Part shown: positions 41,701-53,779 of the stretch, piece by piece | How positions within the stretch are numbered: the stretch's first letter is position 1 | How the letters are laid out: each line of letters starts with the position of its first letter | Assembly (NCBI GenBank): GCA_964016885.1 | Contig: OZ024760.1 | Coordinates: 31,992,001-32,056,000 of the forward strand | From: Eledone cirrhosa | Lineage: Eukaryota | Direction of reading: 5' to 3' | Length of the DNA: 64,000 bases | Position numbers and translations under genes: made by a program | Notes under the pieces: generated by a model | Database searches by the model: none | The model's input: only the letters and a program-made list of their open reading frames with translations | Told to the model about the DNA's origin: nothing

Positions 41701-42440
41701 CCAAGCTTTTGAGAAGTAAGGGGGAGAAAGACTATAGACTGAGTTGATCCTAAGTTTTGAGAAATAAGGGAGAGAAAGACTATAGTCTGAGTTGATCCAA
41801 GCTTTTGAGAAGCATGTGAGAGAAAGACTATAGTCTAAGTTGATCCAAGGATTTGAGAAGTAAGGGAGAGAAAGACTATAGTCTGAGTTCATCCAAGATT
41901 TTGAGAAGTAAGGGACAGGAAGACTATAGTCTGACTTGATGCCAGGTTTTGAGAAGTAAGGGGGATAAGACTATAATCTGTGTTGATCCAAGTTTTTCAG
42001 AAGTAAGTGAGAGAAAGGCTGTAGTCTGAGTTGATCCAAGGTTATGAGAAGTACAGGTGAGAAAAACTATAGGTTGAGTTTATCCCAGGTTTTGAGAAGT
42101 AAGGGGGAGAAAGACTATATTCTGAATTGATCCAAGCTTTCGAAAAGTAAGGGAGAGAAAGGCTATAGTCTGAGTTGATCCAAGGTTTTCAGAAGTAACA
42201 TAGGTAAAGGCTACAGTCTGAGTTGATCTAAGATTTTGAGAAATAATGGAGAGAAAGGCTATATTCTGAGTTGATCCAAGGTTTTGAGAAGTCAGGGAGA
42301 GAAAGACTAAATATGAGTTGATCCATGGTTTTGAGAAGTAAGGGAGAGAAAGACTATAGTCTGAGTTGAACCAAGGTTTTGAGAAGTAAGGGTGAGGAAG
42401 GCTATAGTCTGAGTTGATCCAAGGTTTTGAGAAGTGAAGG

Positions 42441-42787
42441 AGAGAAAGTCTACAGACTCATTTGATCCAAGGTTTTCAGAAGTAAGGGAGAGAAAGGCTA
42501 TAGTCTGAGTTGATCCAAGGTTTTGAGAAGTAAGGGAGAGAAAGATTATAGTCTGTGTTGATCCAAGGTTTTGAGAAGTATGGAGAGAAAGACTATAGCC
42601 TGAGTTGATCCAAGATTTTTAGAAGTAAGAGAGAGAAAGTCTATAGTCTGAGTTGATGGAAGATTTTGAGAAGTAAGGTTGAGAAAGACTAAATATGAGT
42701 TGATCCATGGTTTTGAGAAGTAAGGGAGAGAAAGGCTATAGTCTGATATGATCTAAGGTTTTGAGAAGTAAGGGAGAAAAAGACTAT
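42441..42787 (+). repeat. Dispersed copy of 40864-41210 (about 7 monomers), with a further partial copy at ~42790-42900
   Basis: Rare motif GTCTACAGACTCATTTGATCC at 40871, 42448 and 42830; GTTGATGGAAGATTTT is shared by the first two copies. Confidence 0.85.
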
Positions 42788-43009
42788 AGTCTGAGTTGAT
42801 CCAAGGTTTTGAGAAGTGAAGGAGAGAAAGTCTACAGACTCATTTGATCCAAGGTTTTCAGAAGTAAGGGAGAGAAAGGCTATAGTCTGAGTTGATCCAA
42901 GGTTTTGAGAAGTGAAGGAGAGAAAGTCTATAGTCTGAATTGATCCAAGATTTTGAGAAGCAAGGGAGAGAAAGACTATAGTCTGAGTTGATCCAAGGTT
43001 TTGAGAAGT

Positions 43010-46000
43010 AAAGGAGATAAAGACTATAGTCTGAGTTTATCCAAGGTTTTGTGAAGTAAGGGAGAGAAAGGCTATAGTCTGAGATGATCCAAGGTTTTGA
43101 GAAATAGGGGAGAGAAAGACTATAGTCTGAGTTGATCCAAGGTTTTGAGAAGTAAGGGAGAAAAAGACTATAGTCTGTGTTGATCCAAGATTTTGAGAAG
43201 CATGGCAGAGAAAGACTATACTCTCAATTAATCCATGGTTTTGAGAAGTAAGGAAGAGAAAGAATATATTGTGAGTTGATCCAAGATTTTGAGAAATAAG
43301 GGAGAGAAAGACTATAGTCTGAGTTGATCCAAGGTTTTGAGAAGTAAGGGAGATAAAGACTATAGTCTGAGTTGATCCAAGGTTTTGAGAAGTAAGGGAG
43401 AGAATGGCTATAGACAGAGTTGATCCAAGGTTTTGAGAAGTAAGGGTGAGAAGACTATAGACTGAGTTGATCCATGGTTTTGAGAAGTAAGGGTGAGAAA
43501 GACTATAGACTGAGTTGATCCATGGTTTTGAGAAGTAAGGGAGAGAAAGACAATAGTCTGAGTTGATCAAAGGTTTTGAGAAGTAAAGGAGATAAAGACT
43601 ATAGTCTGAGTTGATCCAAGGTTTTGAGAAGTAAAGGAGAGAAAGTCTATAGTCTGAGTTGATCCAAGATTTTGAGAAGCAAGTGAGAGAAAGACTATAG
43701 TCTGAGTTGATCCAAGGTTTTGTGAAGTAAGGGAGAGAAAGGCTATAGTCTGAGATGATCCAAGGTTTTGAGAAATAGGGGAGAGAAAGACTATAGTCTG
43801 AGTTGATCCAAGGTTTTGAGAACTAAGGGAGATAAAGACAATAGTCTGAGTTGATCTAAGGTTTTGAGAAGCAAGGCAGAGATAGACTATAGTCTGAGTT
43901 GATCCAAGATTTTGAGAAGTAAGGGTGAGAAAGACTAAAGTCTGAATTGATCCACGGTTTTGAGAAGTAAGGGAGAAAAAGACTATAGTCTGTGTTGATC
44001 CAAGATTTTGAGAAGCATGGCAGAGAAAGACTATACTCTCAATTAATCCATGGTTTTGAGAAGTAAGGAAGAGAAAGAATATATTGTGAGTTGATGCAAG
44101 GTTTTGAGAAGTAAGGGAGATAAAGACTATAGTCTGAGTTGATCCAAGGTTTTGAGAAGTAAGGGTGAGAAGACTATAGACTGAGTTGATCCATGGTTTT
44201 GAGAAGTAAGGGTGAGAAAGACTATAGACTGAGTTGATCCTTGGTTTTGAGAAGTAAGGGAGAGAAAGGCAATAGTCTGAGTTGATCAAAGGTTTTGAGA
44301 AGTAAAGGAGATAAAGACTATAGTCTGAGTTGATCGAAGGTTTCGAGAAGTAAGGGAGATAAAGACTATAGTCTGAGTTGATCCAAGGTTTTGAGAAGTA
44401 AGGGAGAGAATGAGTATAGTGTGAGTTGATCCAAGATTTTGAGAAGTATGGGAGAGAAAGACTATAGTCTGAGTTGATCCAAAGTTTTGAGAAGTAAGGG
44501 TGAGAAAGACTATAGAATGAGTTGATCCAAGGTTTTGAGAAGTAAAGGAGAGAAAGTCTATAGTCTGAGTTGATCCAAGGTTTTGAGAAGTAAGGGAGAG
44601 AAAGACTATAGTCTGAGTTGAGCCAAGGTTTTGAGAAGTAAGGCAGAGAAAGGCTCTAGTTTGAGTTGATCCAAAGTTTTGAGAAGTAAGTGAGAGAAAG
44701 GCTATAGTCTGTGCTGATCCAAGGTTTTGAGGAAAAAGTAGAGAAAAGACTATAGTCTGTGTTGATCCAAGGTTTTGAGAAGTAAGGGTGAGAATGATAT
44801 AGACTGAGTTTATCCATGGTTTGAGAAGTAAGGGAGAAAAAGACTATAGTCTGTGTTGATCCAAGGTTTTGAGAAGTAAGAGTGAGAAAGACTATAGTCT
44901 GAGTTGATCTAAGCTTTTGAGAAGTAAGGGTGAGAAAGACTATAGACTGAGTTGATCCATGGTTTTGAGAAGTAAGGGAGAGAAAGACAATAGTCTGAGT
45001 TGATCCATAGTTTTGAGAAGTAAGGTTGAGAAAGACTATAGAATGAGTTGATCCATGGTTTTGAGAAGTAAAGGAGAGAAAGACTATAGTCTGAGTTGAT
45101 CAAAGGTTTTGAGACGTAAGGGAAATAAAGACTATAGTCTGAGTTGATCCAAGGTTTTGAGAAGCAAGGCAGAGAAAGACTATAGACTGAGTTGATCCAT
45201 GGTTTTGAGAAGTAAGGGAGAGAAAGACTATAGTCTGAGTTGATCCAAGATTTTGAGAAGTAAGGCAGAGAAAGTCTCTAGTTTGAGTTGATCCAAGGTT
45301 TTGAGAAGTAAGGGAGAGAAAGGCTATAGTCTGGGCTGATCCAAGGTGTTGAGAAGTAAGGGTGAGAAAGACTATAGTCTGAGTTGATCCAAGGATTTGA
45401 GAGTAAAGGAGAGAAAGTCTATAGTCTGAGTTGATCCAAGGTTTTGAGGAGTAAATGAGAGAAAGACTATAGTTTGAGTTGAGCCATGGTTTTGAGAAGT
45501 AAGGCAGAGAAAGGCTCTAGTTTGAGTTGTTCCAAGGTTTTGAGAACTAAGGGTGAGAAAGACTATATTCTGAGTTGATCCAAGGTTTTAAGAAGTAAAG
45601 AAGAGAAAGTCTATAGTCTCAGTTGATCCAAGGTTTTGAGAAGTATGGGAGAGAAAGACTATAGTCTGAGTTGATCCAAGGTTTTGAGAAGTAAGGGTGA
45701 GAAGGACTTTAGTCTGAGCTGATCCAAGGTCTTGAGAAGTAAGACAGAGAAAGGCTCTAGTTTTAGTTGATCCAAGGTTTTGAGAATTAAGGAAGAGAAA
45801 GGCTATAGTCTGAGCTGATCCAAGGTTTTGAGAAGTAAGGGTGAGAAAAACTATAGTCTGAATTTATCCATGGTTTTGAGAAGTAAGGGAGAGAAAGGCT
45901 ATAGTCTGTGCTGATCCAAGGTTTTGAGGAAAAAGTAGAGAAAAAGACTATAGTCTGTGTTGATCCAAGGTTTTGAGAAGTAAGAGTGAGAAAGACTATA

Positions 46001-49000
46001 GTCTGAGTTGATCCAAGCTTTTGAGAAGTAAGGGAGAGAAAGACTATAGTCTGAGTTGATCCAAGGTTTTGAGAAGTAAGGGAGAGAATGAGTATAGTGT
46101 GAGTTGATCCAAGATTTTGAGAAGTAAGGGAGAGAAAGACTATAGTCTGATTTGATCCAAAGTTTTGAGAAGTAAGGGTGAGAAAGACTATAGAATGAGT
46201 TGATCCATGGTTTTGAGAAGTAAAGGAGAGAAAGACTATAGTCTGAGTTGATCCAAGATTTTGAGAAGTAAGGGAGAGAAAGACAATAGTCTGAGTTGTT
46301 CAAAGGTTTTGAGACGTAAGGGAGATAAAGACTATAGTCTGAGTTGATCCCAGGTTTTGAGAAGCAAGGCAGAGAAAGACTATAGACTGAGTTGATCTAT
46401 GGTTTTGAGAAGTAAAGGTGAGAAAGTCTATAGTCTGAGTTGATCCAAGATTTTGTGAAGTAAGGGAGAGAAACACTATAGTCTAAGTTGATCCAAGGTT
46501 TTGAGAAGTAAGGTTGAGAAGGACTATAGACTGAGCTGATCCAAGGTCTTGAGAAGTAAGACAGAGAAAGGCTCTAGTTTTAATTGATCCAAGGTTTTGA
46601 GAATTAAGGAAGAGAAAGGCTATAGTCTGAGGTGATCCAAGGTTTTGAGAAGTAAGGGTGAGAAAAACTATAGTCTGAATTTATCCATGGTTTTGAGAAG
46701 TAAGGGAGAGAAAGGCTATAGACTGAGTTGATCCAAGGTTTTGAGAAGTAAGGGTGAGAAAGACTATAGACTGTGTTGATCCAATGATTTGAGAAGTAAG
46801 TGAGAGAAAGTCTATAGTCTGAGTTGATCCAAGGTTTTGAGAAGTAAAGGAGAGAAAGTCTATAGTCTGAGTTGATCAAAGGTTTTGAGACGTAAGGGAG
46901 ATAAAGACTATAGTCTGAGCTGATCCAAGGTTTTGAGAAGCGAGGCAGAGAAAGACTATAGACTGAGTTGATCCAGGTTTTTGAGAAGTAAAGGTGAGAA
47001 AGTCTATAGTCTGAGTTGATCCAAGATTTTGAGAAGTAAGGGAGAGAAAGACTATAGTCTGAGTTGATCCAAGGTTTTGAGAAGTAAGGGTGAAAAGGAC
47101 TATAGTCTGAGCTGATCCAAGGTCTTGAGAAGTAAGACAGAGAAAGGCTCTAGTTTTAGTTGATCCAAGGTTTTGAGAATTAAGGGAGAGAAAGGCTATA
47201 GTCTGAGCTGATCCAAGGTTTTGAGAAGTAAAGGAGATAAAGACTATAGTCTGAGTTTATCCAAGGTTTTGTGAAGTAAGGGAGAGAAAGGCTATAGTCT
47301 GAGATGATCCAAGGTTTTGAGAAATAGGGGAGAGAAAGACTATAGTCTGAGTTGATCCAAGGTTTTGAGAAGTAAGAGAGAAAAAGACTATAGTCTGTGT
47401 TGATCCAAGATTTTGAGAAGCATGGCAGAGAAAGACTATACTCTCAATTAATCCATGGTTTTGAGAAGTAAGGAAGAGAAAGAATATATTGTGAGTTGAT
47501 CCAAGATTTTGAGAAATAAGGGAGAGAAAGACTATAGTCTGAGTTGATCCAAGGTTTTGAGAAGTAAGGGAGATAAAGACTATAGTCTGAGTTGATCCAA
47601 GGTTTTGAGAAGTAAGGGAGAGAATGGCTATAGACAGAGTTGATCCAAGGTTTTGAGAAGTAAGGGTGAGAAGACTATAGACTGAGTTGATCCATGGTTT
47701 TGAGAAGTAAGGGTGAGAAAGACTATAGACTGAGTTGATCCATGGTTTTGAGAAGTAAAGGAGAGAAAGACAATAGTCTGAGTTGATCAAAGGTTTTGAG
47801 AAGTAAAGGAGATAAAGACTATAGTCTGAGTTGATCCAAGGTTTTGAGAAGTAAGGGTGAGGCAGGCTATAGTCTGAGTTGATCCAAGGTTTTGAGAAGT
47901 AAAGGAGAGAAAGTCTATAGTCTGAGTTGATCCAAGATTTTGAGAAGCAAGTGAGAGAAAGACTATAGTCTGAGTTGATCCAAGGTTTTGTGAAGTAAGG
48001 GAGAGAAAGGCTATAGTCTGAGATGATCCAAGGTTTTGAGAAATAGGGGAGAGAAAGACTATAGTCTGAGTTGATCCAAGATTTTGAGAACTAAGGGAGA
48101 TAAAGACAATAGTCTGAGTTGATCTAAGGTTTTGAGAAGCAAGGCAGAGATAGACTATAGTCTGAGTTGATCCAAGATTTTGAGAAGTAAGGGTGAGAAA
48201 GACTAAAGTCTGAATTGATCCACGGTTTTGAGAAGTAAGGGAGAAAAAGACTATAGTCTGTGTTGATCCAAGATTTTGAGAAGCATGGCAGAGAAAGACT
48301 ATACTCTCAATTAATCCATGGTTTTGAGAAGTAAGGAAGAGAAAGAATATATTGTGAGTTGATCCAAGGTTTTGAGAAGTAAGGGAGATAAAGACTATAG
48401 TCTGAGTTGATCCAAGGTTTTGAGAAGTAAGGGTGAGAAGACTATAGACTGAGTTGATCCATGGTTTTGAGAAGTAAGGGTGAGAAAGACTATAGACTGA
48501 GTTGATCCTTGGTTTTGAGAAGTAAGGGAGAGAAAGGCAATAGTCTGAGTTGATCAAAGGTTTTGAGAAGTAAAGGAGATAAAGACTATAGTCTGAGTTG
48601 ATCGAAGGTTTCGAGAAGTAAGGGAGATAAAGACTATAGTCTGAGTTGATCCAAGGTTTTGAGAAGTAAGGGAGAGAATGAGTATAGTGTGAGTTGATCC
48701 AAGATTTTGAGAAGTATGGGAGAGAAAGACTATAGTCTGAGTTGATCCAAAGTTTTGAGAAGTAAGGGTGAGAAAGACTATAGAATGAGTTGATCCAAGG
48801 TTTTGAGAAGTAAAGGAGAGAAAGTCTATAGTCTGAGTTGATCCAAGGTTTTGAGAAGTAAGGGAGAGAAAGACTATAGTCTGAGTTGAGCCAAGGTTTT
48901 GAGAAGTAAGGCAGAGAAAGGCTCTAGTTTGAGTTGATCCAAAGTTTTGAGAAGTAAGTGAGAGAAAGGCTATAGTCTGTGCTGATCCAAGGTTTTGAGG

Positions 49001-50930
49001 AAAAAGTAGAGAAAAGACTATAGTCTGTGTTGATCCAAGGTTTTGAGAAGTAAGGGTGAGAATGATATAGACTGAGTTTATCCATGGTTTGAGAAGTAAG
49101 GGAGAAAAAGACTATAGTCTGTGTTGATCCAAGGTTTTGAGAAGTAAGAGTGAGAAAGACTATAGTCTGAGTTGATCTAAGCTTTTGAGAAGTAAGGGTG
49201 AGAAAGACTATAGACTGAGTTGATCCATGGTTTTGAGAAGTAAGGGAGAGAAAGACAATAGTCTGAGTTGATCCATAGTTTTGAGAAGTAAGGTTGAGAA
49301 AGACTATAGAATGAGTTGATCCATGGTTTTGAGAAGTAAAGGAGAGAAAGACTATAGTCTGAGTTGATCAAAGGTTTTGAGACGTAAGGGAAATAAAGAC
49401 TATAGTCTGAGTTGATCCAAGGTTTTGAGAAGCAAGGCAGAGAAAGACTATAGACTGAGTTGATCCATGGTTTTGAGAAGTAAGGGAGAGAAAGACTATA
49501 GTCTGAGTTGATCCAAGATTTTGAGAAGTAAGGCAGAGAAAGTCTCTAGTTTGAGTTGATCCAAGGTTTTGAGAAGTAAGGGAGAGAAAGGCTATAGTCT
49601 GGGCTGATCCAAGGTGTTGAGAAGTAAGGGTGAGAAAGACTATAGTCTGAGTTGATCCAAGGATTTGAGAGTAAAGGAGAGAAAGTCTATAGTCTGAGTT
49701 GATCCAAGGTTTTGAGGAGTAAATGAGAGAAAGACTATAGTTTGAGTTGAGCCATGGTTTTGAGAAGTAAGGCAGAGAAAGGCTCTAGTTTGAGTTGTTC
49801 CAAGGTTTTGAGAACTAAGGGTGAGAAAGACTATATTCTGAGTTGATCCAAGGTTTTAAGAAGTAAAGAAGAGAAAGTCTATAGTCTCAGTTGATCCAAG
49901 GTTTTGAGAAGTATGGGAGAGAAAGACTATAGTCTGAGTTGATCCAAGGTTTTGAGAAGTAAGGGTGAGAAGGACTTTAGTCTGAGCTGATCCAAGGTCT
50001 TGAGAAGTAAGACAGAGAAAGGCTCTAGTTTTAGTTGATCCAAGGTTTTGAGAATTAAGGAAGAGAAAGGCTATAGTCTGAGCTGATCCAAGGTTTTGAG
50101 AAGTAAGGGTGAGAAAAACTATAGTCTGAATTTATCCATGGTTTTGAGAAGTAAGGGAGAGAAAGGCTATAGTCTGTGCTGATCCAAGGTTTTGAGGAAA
50201 AAGTAGAGAAAAAGACTATAGTCTGTGTTGATCCAAGGTTTTGAGAAGTAAGAGTGAGAAAGACTATAGTCTGAGTTGATCCAAGCTTTTGAGAAGTAAG
50301 GGAGAGAAAGACTATAGTCTGAGTTGATCCAAGGTTTTGAGAAGTAAGGGAGAGAATGAGTATAGTGTGAGTTGATCCAAGATTTTGAGAAGTAAGGGAG
50401 AGAAAGACTATAGTCTGATTTGATCCAAAGTTTTGAGAAGTAAGGGTGAGAAAGACTATAGAATGAGTTGATCCATGGTTTTGAGAAGTAAAGGAGAGAA
50501 AGACTATAGTCTGAGTTGATCCAAGATTTTGAGAAGTAAGGGAGAGAAAGACAATAGTCTGAGTTGATCAAAGGTTTTGAGACGTAAGGGAGATAAAGAC
50601 TATAGTCTGAGTTGATCCCAGGTTTTGAGAAGCAAGGCAGAGAAAGACTATAGACTGAGTTGATCTATGGTTTTGAGAAGTAAAGGTGAGAAAGTCTATA
50701 GTCTGAGTTGATCCAAGATTTTGTGAAGTAAGGGAGAGAAACACTATAGTCTAAGTTGATCCAAGGTTTTGAGAAGTAAGGTTGAGAAGGACTATAGACT
50801 GAGCTGATCCAAGGTCTTGAGAAGTAAGACAGAGAAAGGCTCTAGTTTTAATTGATCCAAGGTTTTGAGAATTAAGGAAGAGAAAGGCTATAGTCTGAGG
50901 TGATCCAAGGTTTTGAGAAGTAAGGGTGAG
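43010..50930 (+). repeat. Tandem duplication: 43010-~46665 repeated at 47230-~50930 (offset 4220, then 4268)
   Basis: ORF pairs 43037/47257 and 43567/47787 (one extra unit) at 4220; 44909/49177 and 45899/50167 at 4268. Confidence 0.92.
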
Positions 50931-53614
50931 AAAGACTATAGTGTGAGTTGATCCAAGCTTTTGAGAAGTAAGGGTGAGAAAGACTATAGACTGAGTTGAT
51001 CCATGGTCTTGAGAAGTAAGGGTGAGAAAGACTATAGACTGTGTTGATCCAATGATTTGAGAAGTAAGTGAGAGAAAGTCTATAGTCTGAGTTGATCCAA
51101 GGTTTTGAGAAGTAAGGGAGATAAAGACTATAGTCTGAGTTGATCCAAGGTTTTGAGAAGTAAGGGAGAGAATGAGTATAGTGTGAGTTGATCCAAGATT
51201 TTGAGAAGTATGGGAGAGAAAGACTATAGTCTGAGTTGATCCAAAGTTTTGAGAAGTAAGGGTGAGAAAGACTATAGAATGAGTTGATCCAAGGTTTTGA
51301 GAAGTAAAGGAGAGAAAGTCTATAGTCTGAGTTGATCCAAGGTTTTGAGAAGTAAGGGAGAGAAAGACTATAGTCTGAGTTGAGCCAAGGTTTTGAGAAG
51401 TAAGGCAGAGAAAGGCTCTAGTTTGAGTTGATCCAAAGTTTTGAGAAGTAAGTGAGAGAAAGGCTATAGTCTGTGCTGATCCAAGTTTTTGAGGAAAAAG
51501 TAGAGAAAAGACTATAGTCTGTGTTGATCCAAGGTTTTGAGAAGTAAGGGTGAGAATGATATAGACTGAGTTTATCCATGGTTTGAGAAGTAAGGGAGAA
51601 AAAGACTATAGTCTGTGTTGATCCAAGGTTTTGAGAAGTAAGAGTGAGAAAGACTATAGTCTGAGTTGATCTAAGCTTTTGAGAAGTAAGGGTGAGAAAG
51701 ACTATAGACTGAGTTGATCCATGGTTTTGAGAAGTAAGGGAGAGAAAGACAATAGTCTGAGTTGATCCATAGTTTTGAGAAGTAAGGTTGAGAAAGACTA
51801 TAGAATGAGTTGATCCATGGTTTTGAGAAGTAAAGGAGAGAAAGACTATAGTCTGAGTTGATCAAAGGTTTTGAGACGTAAGGGAAATAAAGACTATAGT
51901 CTGAGTTGATCCAAGGTTTTGAGAAGCAAGGCAGAGAAAGACTATAGACTGAGTTGATCCATGGTTTTGAGAAGTAAGGGAGAGAAAGACTATAGTCTGA
52001 GTTGATCCAAGATTTTGAGAAGTAAGGCAGAGAAAGTCTCTAGTTTGAGTTGATCCAAGGTTTTGAGAAGTAAGGGAGAGAAAGGCTATAGTCTGGGCTG
52101 ATCCAAGGTGTTGAGAAGTAAGGGTGAGAAAGACTATAGTCTGAGTTGATCCAAGGATTTGAGAGTAAAGGAGAGAAAGTCTATAGTCTGAGTTGATCCA
52201 AGGTTTTGAGGAGTAAATGAGAGAAAGACTATAGTTTGAGTTGAGCCATGGTTTTGAGAAGTAAGGCAGAGAAAGGCTCTAGTTTGAGTTGTTCCAAGGT
52301 TTTGAGAACTAAGGGTGAGAAAGACTATATTCTGAGTTGATCCAAGGTTTTAAGAAGTAAAGAAGAGAAAGTCTATAGTCTCAGTTGATCCAAGGTTTTG
52401 AGAAGTATGGGAGAGAAAGACTATAGTCTGAGTTGATCCAAGGTTTTGAGAAGTAAGGGTGAGAAGGACTTTAGTCTGAGCTGATCCAAGGTCTTGAGAA
52501 GTAAGACAGAGAAAGGCTCTAGTTTTAGTTGATCCAAGGTTTTGAGAATTAAGGAAGAGAAAGGCTATAGTCTGAGCTGATCCAAGGTTTTGAGAAGTAA
52601 GGGTGAGAAAAACTATAGTCTGAATTTATCCATGGTTTTGAGAAGTAAGGGAGAGAAAGGCTATAGTCTGTGCTGATCCAAGGTTTTGAGGAAAAAGTAG
52701 AGAAAAAGACTATAGTCTGTGTTGATCCAAGGTTTTGAGAAGTAAGAGTGAGAAAGACTATAGTCTGAGTTGATCCAAGCTTTTGAGAAGTAAGGGAGAG
52801 AAAGACTATAGTCTGAGTTGATCCAAGGTTTTGAGAAGTAAGGGAGAGAATGAGTATAGTGTGAGTTGATCCAAGATTTTGAGAAGTAAGGGAGAGAAAG
52901 ACTATAGTCTGATTTGATCCAAAGTTTTGAGAAGTAAGGGTGAGAAAGACTATAGAATGAGTTGATCCATGGTTTTGAGAAGTAAAGGAGAGAAAGACTA
53001 TAGTCTGAGTTGATCCAAGATTTTGAGAAGTAAGGGAGAGAAAGACAATAGTCTGAGTTGATCAAAGGTTTTGAGACGTAAGGGAGATAAAGACTATAGT
53101 CTGAGTTGATCCCAGGTTTTGAGAAGCAAGGCAGAGAAAGACTATAGACTGAGTTGATCTATGGTTTTGAGAAGTAAAGGTGAGAAAGTCTATAGTATGA
53201 GTTGATCCAAGATTTTGTGAAGTAAGGGAGAGAAACACTATAGTCTAAGTTGATCCAAGGTTTTGAGAAGTAAGGTTGAGAAGGACTATAGACTGAGCTG
53301 ATCCAAGGTCTTGAGAAGTAAGACAGAGAAAGGCTCTAGTTTTAATTGATCCAAGGTTTTGAGAATTAAGGAAGAGAAAGGCTATAGTCTGAGGTGATCC
53401 AAGGTTTTGAGAAGTAAGGGTGAGAAAGACTATAGTGTGAGTTGATCCAAGCTTTTGAGAAGTAAGGGTGAGAAAGACTATAGACTGAGTTGATCCATGG
53501 TCTTGAGAAGTAAGGGTGAGAAAGACTATAGACTGTGTTGATCCAATGATTTGAGAAGTAAGTGAGAGAAAGTCTATAGTCTGAGTTGATCCAAGGTTTT
53601 GAGAAGTAAGGGAG
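48613..53614 (+). repeat. Tandem duplication, period 2494 bp (about 52 monomers)
   Basis: ORF pairs 49177/51671 and 50167/52661 are identical at offset 2494. The junction lies near 51107. Confidence 0.92.
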
Positions 53615-53779
53615 AAAAAGACTAGTCTGTGTTGATCCAAGGTTTTGAGAAGTAAGCGAGAGAAAGACTATAGTCTGAATTGAATCAAGGTTTTGAGAAG
53701 TAAGGGAGAGACAGACTATACAATGAGTTGATCCAAGGTTTTGAGAAGTAAGGGAGAGAACGACAATAGACTGAGTAAG

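Larger units (their letters stand above)
13500..42900 (+). repeat. Variant domain B: mostly CCAAGG/TAGTCTG monomers with multi-kb duplications
   Basis: Recurrent markers GGGGATAAGAC (47-bp unit), GGAGGGAAAG, GACTAAATATGAG, GAAGCAAGTGAG and GAGTTTATCCC. Boundaries are approximate. Confidence 0.7.
1..53776 (+). repeat. Satellite monomers in forward orientation (purine-rich strand on +)
   Basis: Continuous head-to-tail monomers up to ...GAGAACGACAATAGACTGAGT at 53776. Confidence 0.97.
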
